Shown: positions 1 to 12,309 of the stretch, piece by piece
Numbering within the stretch: the first letter of the stretch is position 1
Layout of the letters: the number at the start of each line of letters is the position of its first letter
Origin: Lama glama
Taxonomy: Eukaryota
Reading direction: 5' to 3'
Assembly (NCBI GenBank): GCA_028534125.1
Contig: CM052818.1
Coordinates: 38,628,001 to 38,692,000, forward strand
Length of the DNA stretch: 64,000 nucleotides
Translations under genes and position numbers: made by a program
Notes under the pieces: model-generated
Databases searched by the model: none
Told to the model about the DNA's origin: nothing
Seen by the model: only the letters and a program-made list of their open reading frames with translations

Positions 1-305
1 TAAAACACATATGTGGATTGGATTATGAAACTGAAATACAGCAAGGAACACCATAACTCCTAATTTCTAACTTTTGTGCTGATCAAAACAGTTTTGTTTT
101 GCTTTTTTATTTGTTATAAGCTTAAAATAATGTAATAAATACATTTGCTGATTTATTTAATGTGATTTAATTAGTTATCATTAATCAATAGTAAGTATTA
201 ATATGTTCATAAACAACACTTTGACTGCTTGTGTAGCTTCACGTTCTATATAAAATTTCATTTGGAAAAATAGTTCCAGTCCTTCACAAATTTTGAAAAC
301 CACTG
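1..305. mobile_element. hAT-Charlie-like DNA transposon end
   Basis: AT-rich stretch ending in TTTGAAAACCACTG, a Charlie/MER5-type terminal inverted repeat (TIR). Confidence 0.45.
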
Positions 306-2669
306 GACTAATTATCTCTAATTTTCCTTCCAGCAAGAGGATACTTTATTCAAATCCTTCTCTGGGGATAGGAGAATTGTATGGCTTCAGGAAGTTTCTG
401 GCTTAATCAGAACATTTATAAGAAAAACAAACAAACAAACTTGATTCCCACATCTACAAATTGCCGTGAACAGCTCAACTCCTTCTCTGCGGGGAAGGAA
501 TCCTACAGACGCAGGGTGCCAGTTACTGGGCAAGATTTGGATTCTACCCTGTGGATCTCACAGCCTAGTTGCAGAGACTTGCCTGTAGATGACTGACAGT
601 GAGATAGAGTGAGGTCAGGGAGCAGGAAGGAGCCTCACACTGTCTGACCATCTACTCTGTGCCAAGCTCTGGAGCCGGCATTACACGTCATTTAATTTAT
701 TCTTTTTTTTGCTACTAAAAACTCTTTGCAATATTTTCCCCTCATACAGATGAGAAAATGGAGGTAGATACCCTGGAAGTGAGTGGCAAAAGCAGGTCTC
801 AGCTCTTCACCACTCCCCACACCCTAAAACAAGCTAAGCTCCCGGTGGGCGGTGAACAGCATCGCCAGCTCCCCGGTGTGGGGTTCCAGAGACAAGGGTC
901 ATTCATGCAGACCACAGAGATCAGGGAAGGCTGCAGGGAGGAGGTGGCATGCTGGATCTTGAAGGATGAGGAGAAATTCTCAGGAAGCAGAGAAAGTAAG
1001 TTTCTCAAGCAGAGATAGTGCAAGAAAAGCACACAGAGAAATGTTTCAGGAGACCGGCTGTTCCAGTGGCAAAGAACATCTTGTGTGGCAGGAATGAGAC
1101 GGGTGGGTGAGAACACAGGGATGGAGTAGGCAGGGTGACACCCTTTGCCCTCCCAGCCGCATCTCCTACCACCCTGGCACAGGACCCTGTCTGCCAGTGA
1201 TTCAGACTACCCTCAGTATCTTTATGCCCCCTCCTCCATATACCTGGCAAGCTCTTCAAACCCCACTTCTGCCTGGGGAAGTCTTTCCTGGCCTTCCAGA
1301 ATTCTGCCAAATCCCACCTGCTAGATGCAGCTACTCCTGATCCCCTCAACCAGATGCAAACTCTGAACACCCAGAGTTCTTTTTCATTTGTTCAAGGCTT
1401 CAATGGGTGAACAGGCAAGAAACATTTTCTGGGAAAGTTACCAAAATGGAGGCTCAGTAACACCTTTATGCTGACTTCACATTTCAACAGGACCATCATC
1501 AACCCCCTCCCCCCCAGCCCCTGCCCTTTTAGCTCCAGACACCGGACTCTGCCCCCTACCCCTCAGAGCTGTGATGCTGGACGTGGCTCTGGGTGGGGTG
1601 TGAAGCTCCAGAACATCTGTTCTCCCTGTGGCCAAGGTCCTAGCACCTAGGAGGTGCTCAGAAGTATTTGTTGAACCCAACTGAACTCTAGTCCCTGCTT
1701 CTCCCAGCTCTATCCCACGACTTTGCCTCATACATCTTTTCAAGTAACTTGGAAACTTCTGACTACGATCATATTAGTAACTTGACTGTCATCTTCAGAT
1801 TAAGCATAACCTTCAAATTTTTCCCAACAACAACAATAAAATTGGCAGCAATAAAATTCCTTTTTTGCTGCCACTGTTTCTAGACCATTATCCACAGACT
1901 TCAGTCTGTGTTCAAGGACCAGCTCAGACCACACAGTAGGGCTGCACAGCAGTGCTGCACACACAGAATCATCCCCACCTGTGGCTTCTGTGATTCCCTC
2001 CATTCCCTGCCCCCACACCTCCCAGCCTCTGGGCATCTACCCTCGTGAGAAACCTGCAGACCGAAAGGCTGTTCCAGACCTCTTAAACCAAATAAATTCA
2101 GTCTCACTGGCCAACTGTCTTGCATGAGCTCTGTCCCAAAATGGGGGACAGAGCGCAGAGTAACTTCTCTCAGATCGCCACAGCCTGGCAGAGAACTGGG
2201 CACTCAGAAAGTGCTCAAGACAGCCTCATCCTCCAAGCTCTATTTCTTGTGCAGATGTGGAGCCGGGACCGAGAACTCTTCCTCTGGCCCCAAGGGGAGC
2301 ATTCAGAGCAGCCCTCTAAAACAAAGCCTGGCCTTGGTGGCCAGCTCGGCATGCACAGAACATCAAATGGCCGGACATGAAAGGGCTGAGGATGCTGCTT
2401 GCCGGAGAGGCACTTAGCCCGAAAAACCTGAAACCATCCACTTGACTGAGGGCCGCTAACCACAGCCTCTATGAATGATTAATGATTATGGCCAGAGCTT
2501 ATTGCAAACAGGCATGTGACAGCAGAGCCACTACCCTCCCGCAGGACCTGCCGGCGTGATTGATGAGCCACCATGGGGTGCAGAGAGGCTGTAGGGGGGA
2601 ATGAGCCAGCTCAGGCTGCAGCCACCAGGCAGCACCCATCAGTGCCTGTGTTCTGGGTGGCTGGCTTAC

Positions 2670-2720
2670 CTCGTGTATGGCACCCAAGACAGCCAGCTCT
2701 GAGTATCTACCCTGGGCCAT
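2670..2720 (-). other. Candidate first coding exon (MAQGRYSELAVLGAIHE)
   Basis: Strong Kozak context ccaacATGG and donor GAG|GTAAGC. No downstream exon found in the window. Confidence 0.2.
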
Positions 2721-5700
2721 GTTGGGAGGGTGCAGGAGGCCTGGGCTAAACTCTAATGAGGAGAGAGGTGCTGAAATGAATGAGATGTGGCCTTTGGTCC
2801 TGCAGGAGTTCCTACGCAGGGCGGTGCATTAAGCAGTATAACTCTAGTTCCAGAACTAGCAAGAGTGTACAGGATGCTTTGAGAGACAGCTAAGTGCTCT
2901 GTGTGGACAAAGGGGTCTGCAGAAATGGGCTACCTGGCCTCAGATGCCTCCCTCTCCCTTCCCTGCCACCCACCATCACTGCCGCCAGCCAGAGACACCT
3001 GTCCCCCATCCCTGTATCATTCTACTCCAGGATGTGGGAAGGAGAGAAGAGGGTGGCTGACATGAAGTCTCTGCTCTCAGGCTTCTCTGTCCTTTCCCAG
3101 AAAGGTCAGTTAGTCCTGTGTCCTCACGCTGCCTCCCTCCTCCCAATGTGTACCCTCTAGAACGGCTGAACCAGGGTTTCTGACTCTGATCCTTCAGATT
3201 CACTGAGCACAGATTGTGGAGGTTGGAGAAGGCACAGCCCCACTTCCAGGAGTTTAGTCTCAGTGAGACAAGCTTCCCTTGTGAAACAAGCATAGACAGA
3301 ACAAAGCACAGCTCCCAAATGTGCTACCAAGATAGAGGGAGGAAAGGGAGAGTGACACAGGGTTGAAAGGCTGTAGGGGGGGGGCCAGGAAGGCTGAGAA
3401 GAGCCCTCGAGGCCCCCCTGAGCTGCAGGCCACTGTCCAGTCCAGGTTACCAAAGTTTCCAAGGTCACCACCTTCCACCTGGGTCTCCAGAGGTACCTCT
3501 GAGTGGCCCTGAGGCAGTGACAGCGGCAAGCAAGCTCAGCAAGGACCCAGGACCTGGCACAGGCCTGGGGCTCTGAGACGACCCACGGAGCCAGCCAGGA
3601 GCCGGGGGACGACCCCTGTGGCCGATCTGCAGACTCTGGCTCCGTTTCATCTTAATACACTCCTGTATGTACCTGACATTGGATACTCGTCCTAGAGCAT
3701 GCAAATCTAATAAATTCTTGGCTCCTGCAAGTTTCTTTAAAAAATATAAAAGAGGATCATATATAAAGAAGTTGATTAATATACACCCTGCTAAAACAGC
3801 CTGGAACATCTGTGTATTAAGTTCATTTATTAAATTACACCAATCTGTATTTTAATGAGTGAAAGATACAGTACTTATTCTGTCATCCATCAAAATAAAC
3901 TCAGGAAATACTTAACATTATAATCATTTTTCTTGTTTGAACACGAGTTATGAAATATGAATCCCACACTAAGAATGCTGAACTTGCCATCATGATCAAA
4001 TATGTTTTCACAGGTGCAGCAAATATTCAGTTTTCATTTCTTTCTCCAACTGTTGAAAATATAAACCATGTTTTCTAGTTCTTAGCTGGGTAACACTGCC
4101 TTCCCTCCACATGGCAGCCATTATTACAGACTTATTACCCCACCGTCTTTCTTTCCCCAAACACACTTCTCCTAAGTTGCTTAGTAATGAAAACACAGGC
4201 TTCTGTGAGGCCCTCACAGCACAAGCTCTTCCCCCATGGGGCTCTCTTCGCTCAGGCTGGGCACTGTCCCCTTGTCCTCCTTCCTGGTGGCACCTATATC
4301 CACCAGGTTAGAGCCCGAGTTTCAAAAGCTATTTGAAGCAAATAGTGCATTTAGTAGAAACACAAAAGGCAGCTGGGCCTTAGCTTCACTGTTGAGCTCC
4401 CCCAGGCCGTGGGGTTTCCATGCCCACTCCCCTTCCACCCATCCAGAAACAACTCCATCAGACGAGGGGCAACTTTAACCCAGGCTGAAGCCCTAGGAGT
4501 GAGTCCAGCCTTTACCTATGTTCAGCTAACTTTGAACCAGAAGTCCCAGGACACCTGGAGCACTGCAGTCAGTTTCCAGGAGCCGAGGAGAGCTGATTCC
4601 TCTGCCCAGTGGTGAGTGGAAGCTCACTGGGGCACAGGAGTCAAGAGGAAGGTCCCAGCTGGGTAAGCTGCTGAGCGGAATCACAGGATGTACTGATGAA
4701 ACCAAATCACCAGCTGGCTGGGCTTCTGCCTGCTTAACCCCTCAGTGGCTCCCCACTGCCAGAGTCGCACTTTGGCTACAAGGTCCACGCCTATCTCTTC
4801 CATCTCATTCCTGGCCACCCCAGTCCCCCAACACACACACAACACCCACTGTTCTCTCCAGCCCTCCTGAACTACCACCTGCTGGTACTCAAACCTTCTG
4901 CGCTCTCCCCGACCCCAGGCTCTCGCCCATGCATTCCCTCTGCCTGGGATAGCCCTCTCTGTGCTCCCTTTACTTCACCTGGTTAATTACTTAATTTTGA
5001 TTTCCAGCTCCACCTGTTGGGAAAGCACAGTGGGAGGAGTCACTCATATTGAACACTAGTCCTAGTGAGGGAAACCTCACAGGGAGGGATTGCCCCTAAG
5101 GAAAGAATGGGAAGGCTTTCAAGGCAAGGGGAACCTTGAGCAAATGCATGGGGGTGTGGAAGCCCTAGGCCATTCTGGGGATGGAGGAGAGACAAAGGCT
5201 AGATGGGAGGGTTGTGGGACCCGGGATGAGAATTTGGGGACAGCTCAAGGAGGATCTCGTATGCTGGGCTAAGGGACTTAATGCTATGGGAAATAAGAAG
5301 CTTCTCTTTTTTTTTAATCTCTCACCCTTATTCTTGGCAGATTTAAAAACAAACAAACAAACACACACACAAAATTCAGGTCCAGGGTTGTGGACGATTA
5401 GACATGTAAAACAACAAATGTAGCCTTTTTAGAGAAGTATAATCCAAAAACAACCTTAATAGTATCAAAAAAGAATTCCTTTTCATGTTTCTCAAATGTT
5501 TACACCTAAGAGCTCACCATTCTAAACAACTAAACTATATATAACCTTCCTTTTTTGGGTGAGGAACATTTATATTTTTAATCCATCATATAAAGCTAAA
5601 AGAACCCCAGGCAATTATGTTCCCTGGATGACCAAAATACTAATAAAAGTGAGGGACTTTTGAAAAGTTTTGAAAATTCAAGAGATATGTCTAGATTTGT

Positions 5701-6499
5701 GTTTAAGAAATAAAGACTACTCAGGATTCAGAATAAAGAATAGGCATACAGGAGAGCCTGGAGCCGGCAGGGGCTGGCAGGATATGGCTAGAGTAATTAA
5801 CAGAGGCAGGGGTATTGAGCTGGAGTGAAGGCGATGGCAGGGAGCCTCCACCCCACACAGCCACAAAAGCACGTGGCAGGTGTTCAGGAGGACTTCCTGA
5901 GAATGTCATTGATTGCCAGGCTCCTAGGAAGCACAGGTGAAGGCACCTGTTCTTCTGTGTCCAAGGAACCCCCAATCTCCCCAACCTGATCTTATCCTAG
6001 GCCCTGGGTCTGTTTGCCCCTGGCCTGCAGACCTGCTGATTCTTGCAGGGTGCCAGCCTAGGGAGGTACCAGCCTAAATCCTCCTTCTTCCCTCCTCCAC
6101 CCAACACTCAGAACCAACTAAGCCCTGAAACCTGAAACAGCCTCCTCCTGGGATGAAGTTTAGAAACCCCACAGAAAGATGAGAGAAACTTGTAACTAGG
6201 TAATTCACAGAAAGGAAAACTCACTAGCTCATTCCCAACGTGATTTTGGAGCCATCAACAGATCTGGTACAGGCACTGACCAATCAGAAAAGACTGTCTA
6301 AATCACTGGGGAAGGGAGGTTCCCTGTGGTGCTAGGCACCTTGTGGACACTGGATTACAGGGTGGTAGGGGGGTCTCAGTGAGGGGCTGGGTTGGTGTGG
6401 CCAGGTGGGAGGGAGAATTTGGGGCCTTCAGCAGCAGCTAGCATAACATCTAGTTCCCACTGGCTTCCTATCTAGTTCCTTCTAGTTCCTATCAGCCTC

Positions 6500-7330
6500 A
6501 CTAATGAGCACATGAAGACATTTCCAAGCTCACCAGTAATCAAGGAAATGCAAATCAAAGTAGCGATGAGATACCACATTCACAAGTCACACTGTCAGGG
6601 AGATGTGTGCTCATATGCCTCTGCCAGGAAGGACTTGCTGCCCACCTGCAAGGAGTGCGGCTGACAGCCTCATTCAGGGTGGGCCTTGGCTGCAGGGGGA
6701 AAAATGGGGTATAAAGGCCTGGCCAGCTCAACCCAAGGTGGGCCACTGTCCAACAACATTCACTCCAGAGCTCCTCACAGGCTCCGTCAAGACTTCCCGA
6801 GGATTCGTCTGGCCTGCATCACATTCGACTTCTTCCTCTACCCCATCCAACTTCCTCTTCCATCCCTTCATAGGTCTTGATCCCCAGTAAACATCATCTT
6901 GGTCACCCAGCTGCATCGTGGTGCCTGCTGGAGAAGTCAGCCCGCAACATGAGGAAAGTCAACTCCCACACACTGCTGGCGGGAGAAATCTGACAATACC
7001 TGAAGTTAAGTGTATCTACCCCTAAACCTCAGCAATCCCACGCCTGAGTGTCTACCCCCAGAGAGCCTCAATCCCCCATCCCACCCATCCCCAGGGAGAG
7101 GGGGCTGAGGATGGCCAGCCCAGCGATGTTTCTGGTGGCAGGCAGGTTATGGCCAATGGAGCTGTCTGTCACCAAGGAAACGACTGTGTAATGTAGGGAA
7201 GGCCCAGCCTGGGATTCTATGCAACTGAAATGTGTTTACACAGGGCAACTCATGGAGTTCTCAAACACAACGTTGAGAAAAAAACGAAGCAGAACCTAAG
7301 AAGAGAATCCTTGAGGGCAACTAGGTGGCT
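6500..7330 (+). mobile_element. Old L1 fragment (ORF2 3' end/3'UTR) interrupted by an LTR
   Basis: GGAAATGCAAATCAAAGTAGCGATGAGATACCAC motif, resuming near 6950 with CACACTGCTGGCGGGAG and later CAGCAATCCCAC. Confidence 0.65.
6593..6948 (+). mobile_element. Solo ERVL LTR (LTR16-like)
   Basis: TG...CA ends, TATAAA at 6710, and a CCCTTCATAGGTCTTGATCCCCAGTAAAC 3' block of LTR16 type. Confidence 0.55.
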
Positions 7331-7908
7331 TGGGTAGTGATCACAAGAAGCACTGGTAGGCATGTGGGGAGGTGAGAGATGGATGAAGGAAAGGGAAGGA
7401 TGGAAAGAGTTGGTTAATGAGCAGGGGACCTCTGCGGGCAGCTGGGGCTCCATTGTGCTGGGAGCCTCTAGGCACCTGCCTTGAGCATGCATCAGAGTTG
7501 TAAGAAAGCCAGGTGGAATCATCATTGATGGAGGGCTGCCCCCAGGGACAATGGGAGCTCTGCACTTCCAGCCTGCCCCACTCTCACAACAGAGAAAGCC
7601 CTCAAAAAAGTCACAGGAGCATGCAATAAACAGCGTCACGAATATGGCGGGGCACTGAGAGCAAGTGCTGCAAGAAGACACAGCAAGATCTAGAGCACAG
7701 TAACTTATGCAAAGTAAAAGCCCACCATATATTTTAATTGACTTGAAATACATCTAAGTCAAAGGATGTAAGGTGGTTTGGAAGTCTGTGCATTAAACAC
7801 GCTACAGTGCCATCCTCACCACCTACTATTCAGTTTGCTGGTGAAAGAGGGATTCCCCTGACACTGGACAGGTGAGATTTTCATCAGTCACATACACTCA
7901 CAGTCACC

Positions 7909-8100
7909 ACTCACCATGCAGGACCACACGGGGCTGCACTCGGGAGCGGACAGAACCAGAGGGACGGGGGCGGGGGGGCAGGCTTTGTGGTAACAGGAGG
8001 GTGAGTGCTTCCTGGTCCCTGAAGGAAGATGCGATTGGCTTGCTTGAAAAATTCCACACGCTGGCAGGGAAGTAAAACCCGTTAGGTCGAGGACCCGGTG
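7909..8100 (-). promoter_or_regulatory. Promoter-like region with a short first exon
   Basis: On the minus strand: AGCCAATC (CCAAT, about 8033-8040), CAGGAAG (ETS-like), GC box CCCCGCCCCC (about 7966-7975), local CpG enrichment, then ATG|GTGAGT donor at 7915/7914. Confidence 0.45.
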
Positions 8101-8569
8101 GATGTGGCTCGTCCAGCTGACAGGGGAACAAGGCAAGGGGTAGGGGGTGGGGATAGTACTTCCTGCTAGGTAGGGGCATATCTGGTGAGAGCTGGGAACT
8201 CACAGCTAGGCCTTTGGGGGTCTAGGGAGGCTCAGAGGTATCCAGGAAACACATGGCATGTCAGGCCTTCCAATACAAGTGGGTTCCAGCGGAGACAGAG
8301 AATGAGATAGAGATGGAGAAAAAATAAAACAGAACAAGACAGGCCTTGATGTCAGTGCGACATGAACTGGGGCACATGTATACCTCAGTTCTGTACACTT
8401 GAGGCCCTCAGGGAAAGAATCTTTAAAAAAAAAAAACAACAAGGAGTGAGAAAGAATGAGGTTCAGACTTGGGGGAAGGGATGGACTAGGCTCTCAAAGG
8501 CAGCCAGGCTGCAGGCCAGGGGTCTGTGTCCTCAGCAGAACAGAAAATGCTATTTGTTACAAAATGTCC

Positions 8570-8720
8570 TGGGAGCGATCGCCCATTGAGATAGCAAGAA
8601 GAGAGGGAAATAAAACTTCAAACAGGGTTTAATGGCTGAGCTAAGCCGATTGGGCGGCGAGGCAGGCTGCTCTGTGTGTGAGCAGAGTGGGGAGAGGAGG
8701 CGGTCGGCTGAGGGCTGCAG
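8570..8720. promoter_or_regulatory. Second CCAAT/GC-box CpG-containing element
   Basis: GATTGGGCGGCG (adjacent CCAAT and GC box) at about 8648-8660, GAGGCGG at about 8698, clustered CpGs. Confidence 0.35.
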
Positions 8721-9225
8721 CATGGCTAAAACTTGTTTCTCTGTCACTCAAACACTTTCTCCAGGAAAAATGTTAAAATTACCTTCTGGAGTCCACAGGG
8801 AGAAATGTGAAGACCTGGGCACCTAATAAAATATAATGAGGCAGGTTGTAATCATGACATCAAGACTTTCCAGAAACTTCCATAGGGACAGGCTGAGATC
8901 AGCTGCTGCAGAATGTCCCAGGCCTGCCTCACTGGCGTGTGTGGGGTGAGGACAGAAGCAGTTGGGACCTGCCGGGAAGTCCACGCACGCTCTGAACTGT
9001 CGCATCACCCGTCTGAACTCCAGCAGGAAACCAAGTTCAAGCCCGCTGCACCCACAGATCTAACATCTCCAAATCTAAGCCGGCTTTTCTACCCCTCAGC
9101 CAGAGATAAATGACCCCTGTTTCCACCTGCCTCTTTCAGACATGCCGAGGAGTATCCTGGGCTAGAAGGCCCTCCAAGCCTTAGAAGTCTTTCTGTGCAG
9201 ACCTGAGGGGTAGCAGTCAGCACTT

Positions 9226-9288
9226 TCCTCTCTCCCTCTTCCTCCTTCTTTCTCTCCCTCTCTCTCTCTCTCTGTCTCTGTCTCTCTG

Positions 9289-9325
<37 letters not shown>
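9226..9325. repeat. Compound (CT)n-(CA)n microsatellite
   Basis: Direct reading of the sequence. Confidence 0.95.
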
Positions 9326-9327
<2 letters not shown>

Positions 9328-9798
9328 TACGTGCACGTGCATGTGCCCAGTAGCCTAGGAATCCCTCACAGCATATACACTTGCCTTAGCAGGCACAGTG
9401 GAGAGAGACCCAGGAGACCTGAAATCTGGAAGAGGTTTAAGTTCTAGTCCCACACGCACTGCTGTGGCCTTGGGAAAGTCACTAGGAAACTCCCTGTGTT
9501 GTGGCCTTGGGCAAGGCATGTCTCTTCTGGGGCTCTATCCTGTGAGAATGACAACAAACGAGAATAAGGTTTGCCTTGCTTATCTCTTCCAACTGGGTGA
9601 AAAATCAGATGAGGTAATGGATAAAAACCAAGAACCTGGAAGCATGCAGCCCTGGGCAAGCATGGTACAGGCCACAACCGCAACCTCCTCTGTGCTGACT
9701 CCTTATGGAAGCTGGGCAGGAACAGTCCTGCTGTTGATTCGGACGGGAGCTGGAAGTCACTCCTGCAGCTCTCAGCAGACTGCTGCCACCCTGCCCAT

Positions 9799-9873
9799 CC
9801 ACGTGGCCCATTTTTCCCTCAGACGACACTTCCACCCACGTGGAAGTGCCACGTGACCCACGTGACCCACATG
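9799..9873. promoter_or_regulatory. E-box cluster
   Basis: CACGTG at 9800, 9837, 9850 and 9859, plus CACATG at 9868. Confidence 0.6.
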
Positions 9874-10227
9874 CCATCGCTGATCCCCCTGCCACTGGGG
9901 CTGACAAGCATTTGTCCTGCTCTTGGCTTTGAGGAGGGAGCCACAGCGAAGCTCATGGCTGCTTCCTGAGCCACTGACCAGCCCTGTGGTGTTCCCGTCC
10001 ACAGGACACGCAGATTACTCCATAAAACAAAACCGGCTTTGAAATCAACTCTCAAGCCTGCTCTCTGGAAGTGACTCAGTTAATTGTTTTTTTCCTGCAG
10101 TGTCACAGACAGAACTCAGACTTAAGTGTGTCCCTCCTGAAATATGCAGCTCCGGACTGTTTCTCCCACATAGGCAGCAAAATGCCAAGGCCAAGGGACC
10201 AGAGTCTGATCCTACTTAATTCTAGCC

Positions 10228-11848
10228 CAGCAGTTCTCAAAGTGCAGTCCATGGAGCCCTGGGGTCCCCAAGGACTTTCAAGACAACTTTCATAATGATG
10301 CCAAGATAGTCTTTGCCTTCTTCTGTGCTGACGTTTGTCTTGATAGTGCAATGGCAGTGGTGTGTAAAACCTCTGGTGCCTCAGCATGAACGTGGACAGT
10401 GGTACCAAAATGCCCTAGTGGTCACTATACTCTTTACCTACTCACACTCTCCAAAACAACAGCTTTGATTAAGAATATTCTTGAAAGATCTGCTCCTGTG
10501 CTGTCTAACCAGTAGCGCTCTGTGGCTCATTACACACCTGTGTCCAGTCTGAGTCTCTGAATTGAGAAGGACTGAGAGTGAAAAATACACACCAAGTGTT
10601 GCAGACTTGGCACCAGAAAAAATGCAAAACACCTCAATAATGATTTCACATCAATTATATGTTGAAATAATATTGTGGGCATACTGGATTAAGTAAAATA
10701 TATTTTAAAAGAAGGTTCTTGATGAAGCAGTAAAAATTATTAATTCTCTTAAAGCTGATCTCTTCAATATTCCATGTGATTAAGTGGGAGGTGCTCATCA
10801 AGCACATTTGCTCTGCCCCGGAGTACCGTGGTTGGCTCAAGAGGAAGCACTTGGGCCCTTGTGTGAGCTGCAAGCTGAGTAAGCTTTTTTTCCCCCATAG
10901 AGCATCACTTTTCCTTGACAGAAAAACCGACTACAGTTACTCAAATTTGGTTACTTGGCAAGATATTTTCTTGAAAATGAACGAAACCATTTCAAGGAGA
11001 ACTCACAGCTTTTGTTGCCAATGATAAAATGCAAGCTTTTAAATGAAAATGGAACATTTGGAAAACCTGTGTCTGCCATTAGGCACTTGACAGCTTTCCA
11101 ATACTTAAACACCTTTCTGGGGAGATGGGCTGTGATATTAATGAATGTGATTTTTGATACTGTGTAAAGAAATGTCTCAGTCAAACATTTGGAGGATTGG
11201 CATAACTCAGCTAACCGATGTTTTCAAAATGACCAGTGTAGTATGTTACAAAATCACGCATGTGTAAAGATTCTATTCAAAGGCCAAGACAGACCAATGG
11301 AATAGTGTAACGGAGAACAAAAGTTAGTTAATGTGATTTCGGATTCCACATTGTCAGTAGCTTTCAAAAAACCACCACTGGTTGAGTTTTGGTGTAGAAT
11401 CACTGAAGAATATCCACAATTATCTGAAAAGGTTATTAAAATACTCCTCCCTTTCCCAATAATATGTCTGTGCAAGGCTGAATTTTTTTCATTAATTCAA
11501 CCTGAACAATGTATCTCAAAAGTCTGAATGTGGAAGCAGATGTGAGAACTGAACAATCTTCTATATAGCCACATTTTAAAAGCATTTGCAAAAATGTAAA
11601 ACAATGCCACTCTTCTCACTTACTGTTTTAGAAAATAGAATTACTTTTCATAAAAATATGCTATTTTTGTTAACACATAATTTGTGATTGGTATTTTTAG
11701 TGAATTAATCATTTTTAGTTTCTCAGTTTTAATTTCTGATATGGTAAATATTGACAGATAAAACTCACATAAGTAAAAATCTTTGGGGTCCACACTAATT
11801 TTGAACTGTATAAAGGGCTCCTGGGACCAAAATGTTTGAGAACTGCTA
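10228..11848 (+). mobile_element. hAT Charlie1-type DNA transposon, internally deleted, with decayed transposase
   Basis: TIRs CAGCAGTTCTCAAA and TTTGAGAACTGCTA. Flanks tTCTAGcc and cTCTAGag fit the Charlie target consensus NTCTAGAN. ORF 11333-11527 (EFWCRITEEYPQLSEKVIKILLPFP) resembles the hAT dimerisation domain. Confidence 0.9.
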
Positions 11849-11874
11849 CTCTAGAGGAATGTTGTCATGGCATT

Positions 11875-12290
11875 TACTTATTCATCAAATATATTGAGCT
11901 TCTCTTGCAGAGTAGGTTCTAGGTTGAATGTTGAGGAAATGGAAATGAAGACACAGACCTCCCCTGAGGAAGCTCACAGTGTGATAAAGAAAAACAGCTA
12001 CTTGTGATACAAAAGAATAAACCTAACAATCAAAGCAAGCTCTGGGAAAATTCTGTCACCCAGCTTGGGTAAATGAAGATGACTTCCCAGTGGAAGTGAT
12101 GCGATAGGCCTGGGTCATAAAGGATGAGATTATGCAGACAGAAAACACAGGCTCCAATGAGCCACAGGAGGACAAGGGAAGAGATTATTTCATTCGGCCA
12201 GGTTTATGAAGACAGTGGGAAACAATGAAAAGTTCAATCAGAAAAAAACATGGTCAGATTTGCATTTTTTCTTTTTAAATCATTCTGTCA
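11875..12290 (-). mobile_element. L2 3' fragment
   Basis: ATTCATCAAATATATTGAGC tail and AAGCTCACAGT-type L2 motifs. Confidence 0.6.
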
Positions 12291-12309
12291 ACAACAGAAA
12301 CACACTCGA

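Noticed and set aside
6448..6494. TCTAGTTCC repeated three times
   Set aside because: Short slippage-type repeat with no further support.
6686..6890. TATAAA box followed by ORFs
   Set aside because: Lies within an ERVL-type solo LTR nested in L1, and the ORFs have no protein-like features.
7250..7753. Longest ORF in the track (167 aa), and likewise 9398-9856 and 36534-36980
   Set aside because: No convincing splice, Kozak or domain support, and the lengths are expected by chance in GC-richer DNA. The first ORF overlaps old L1 sequence.
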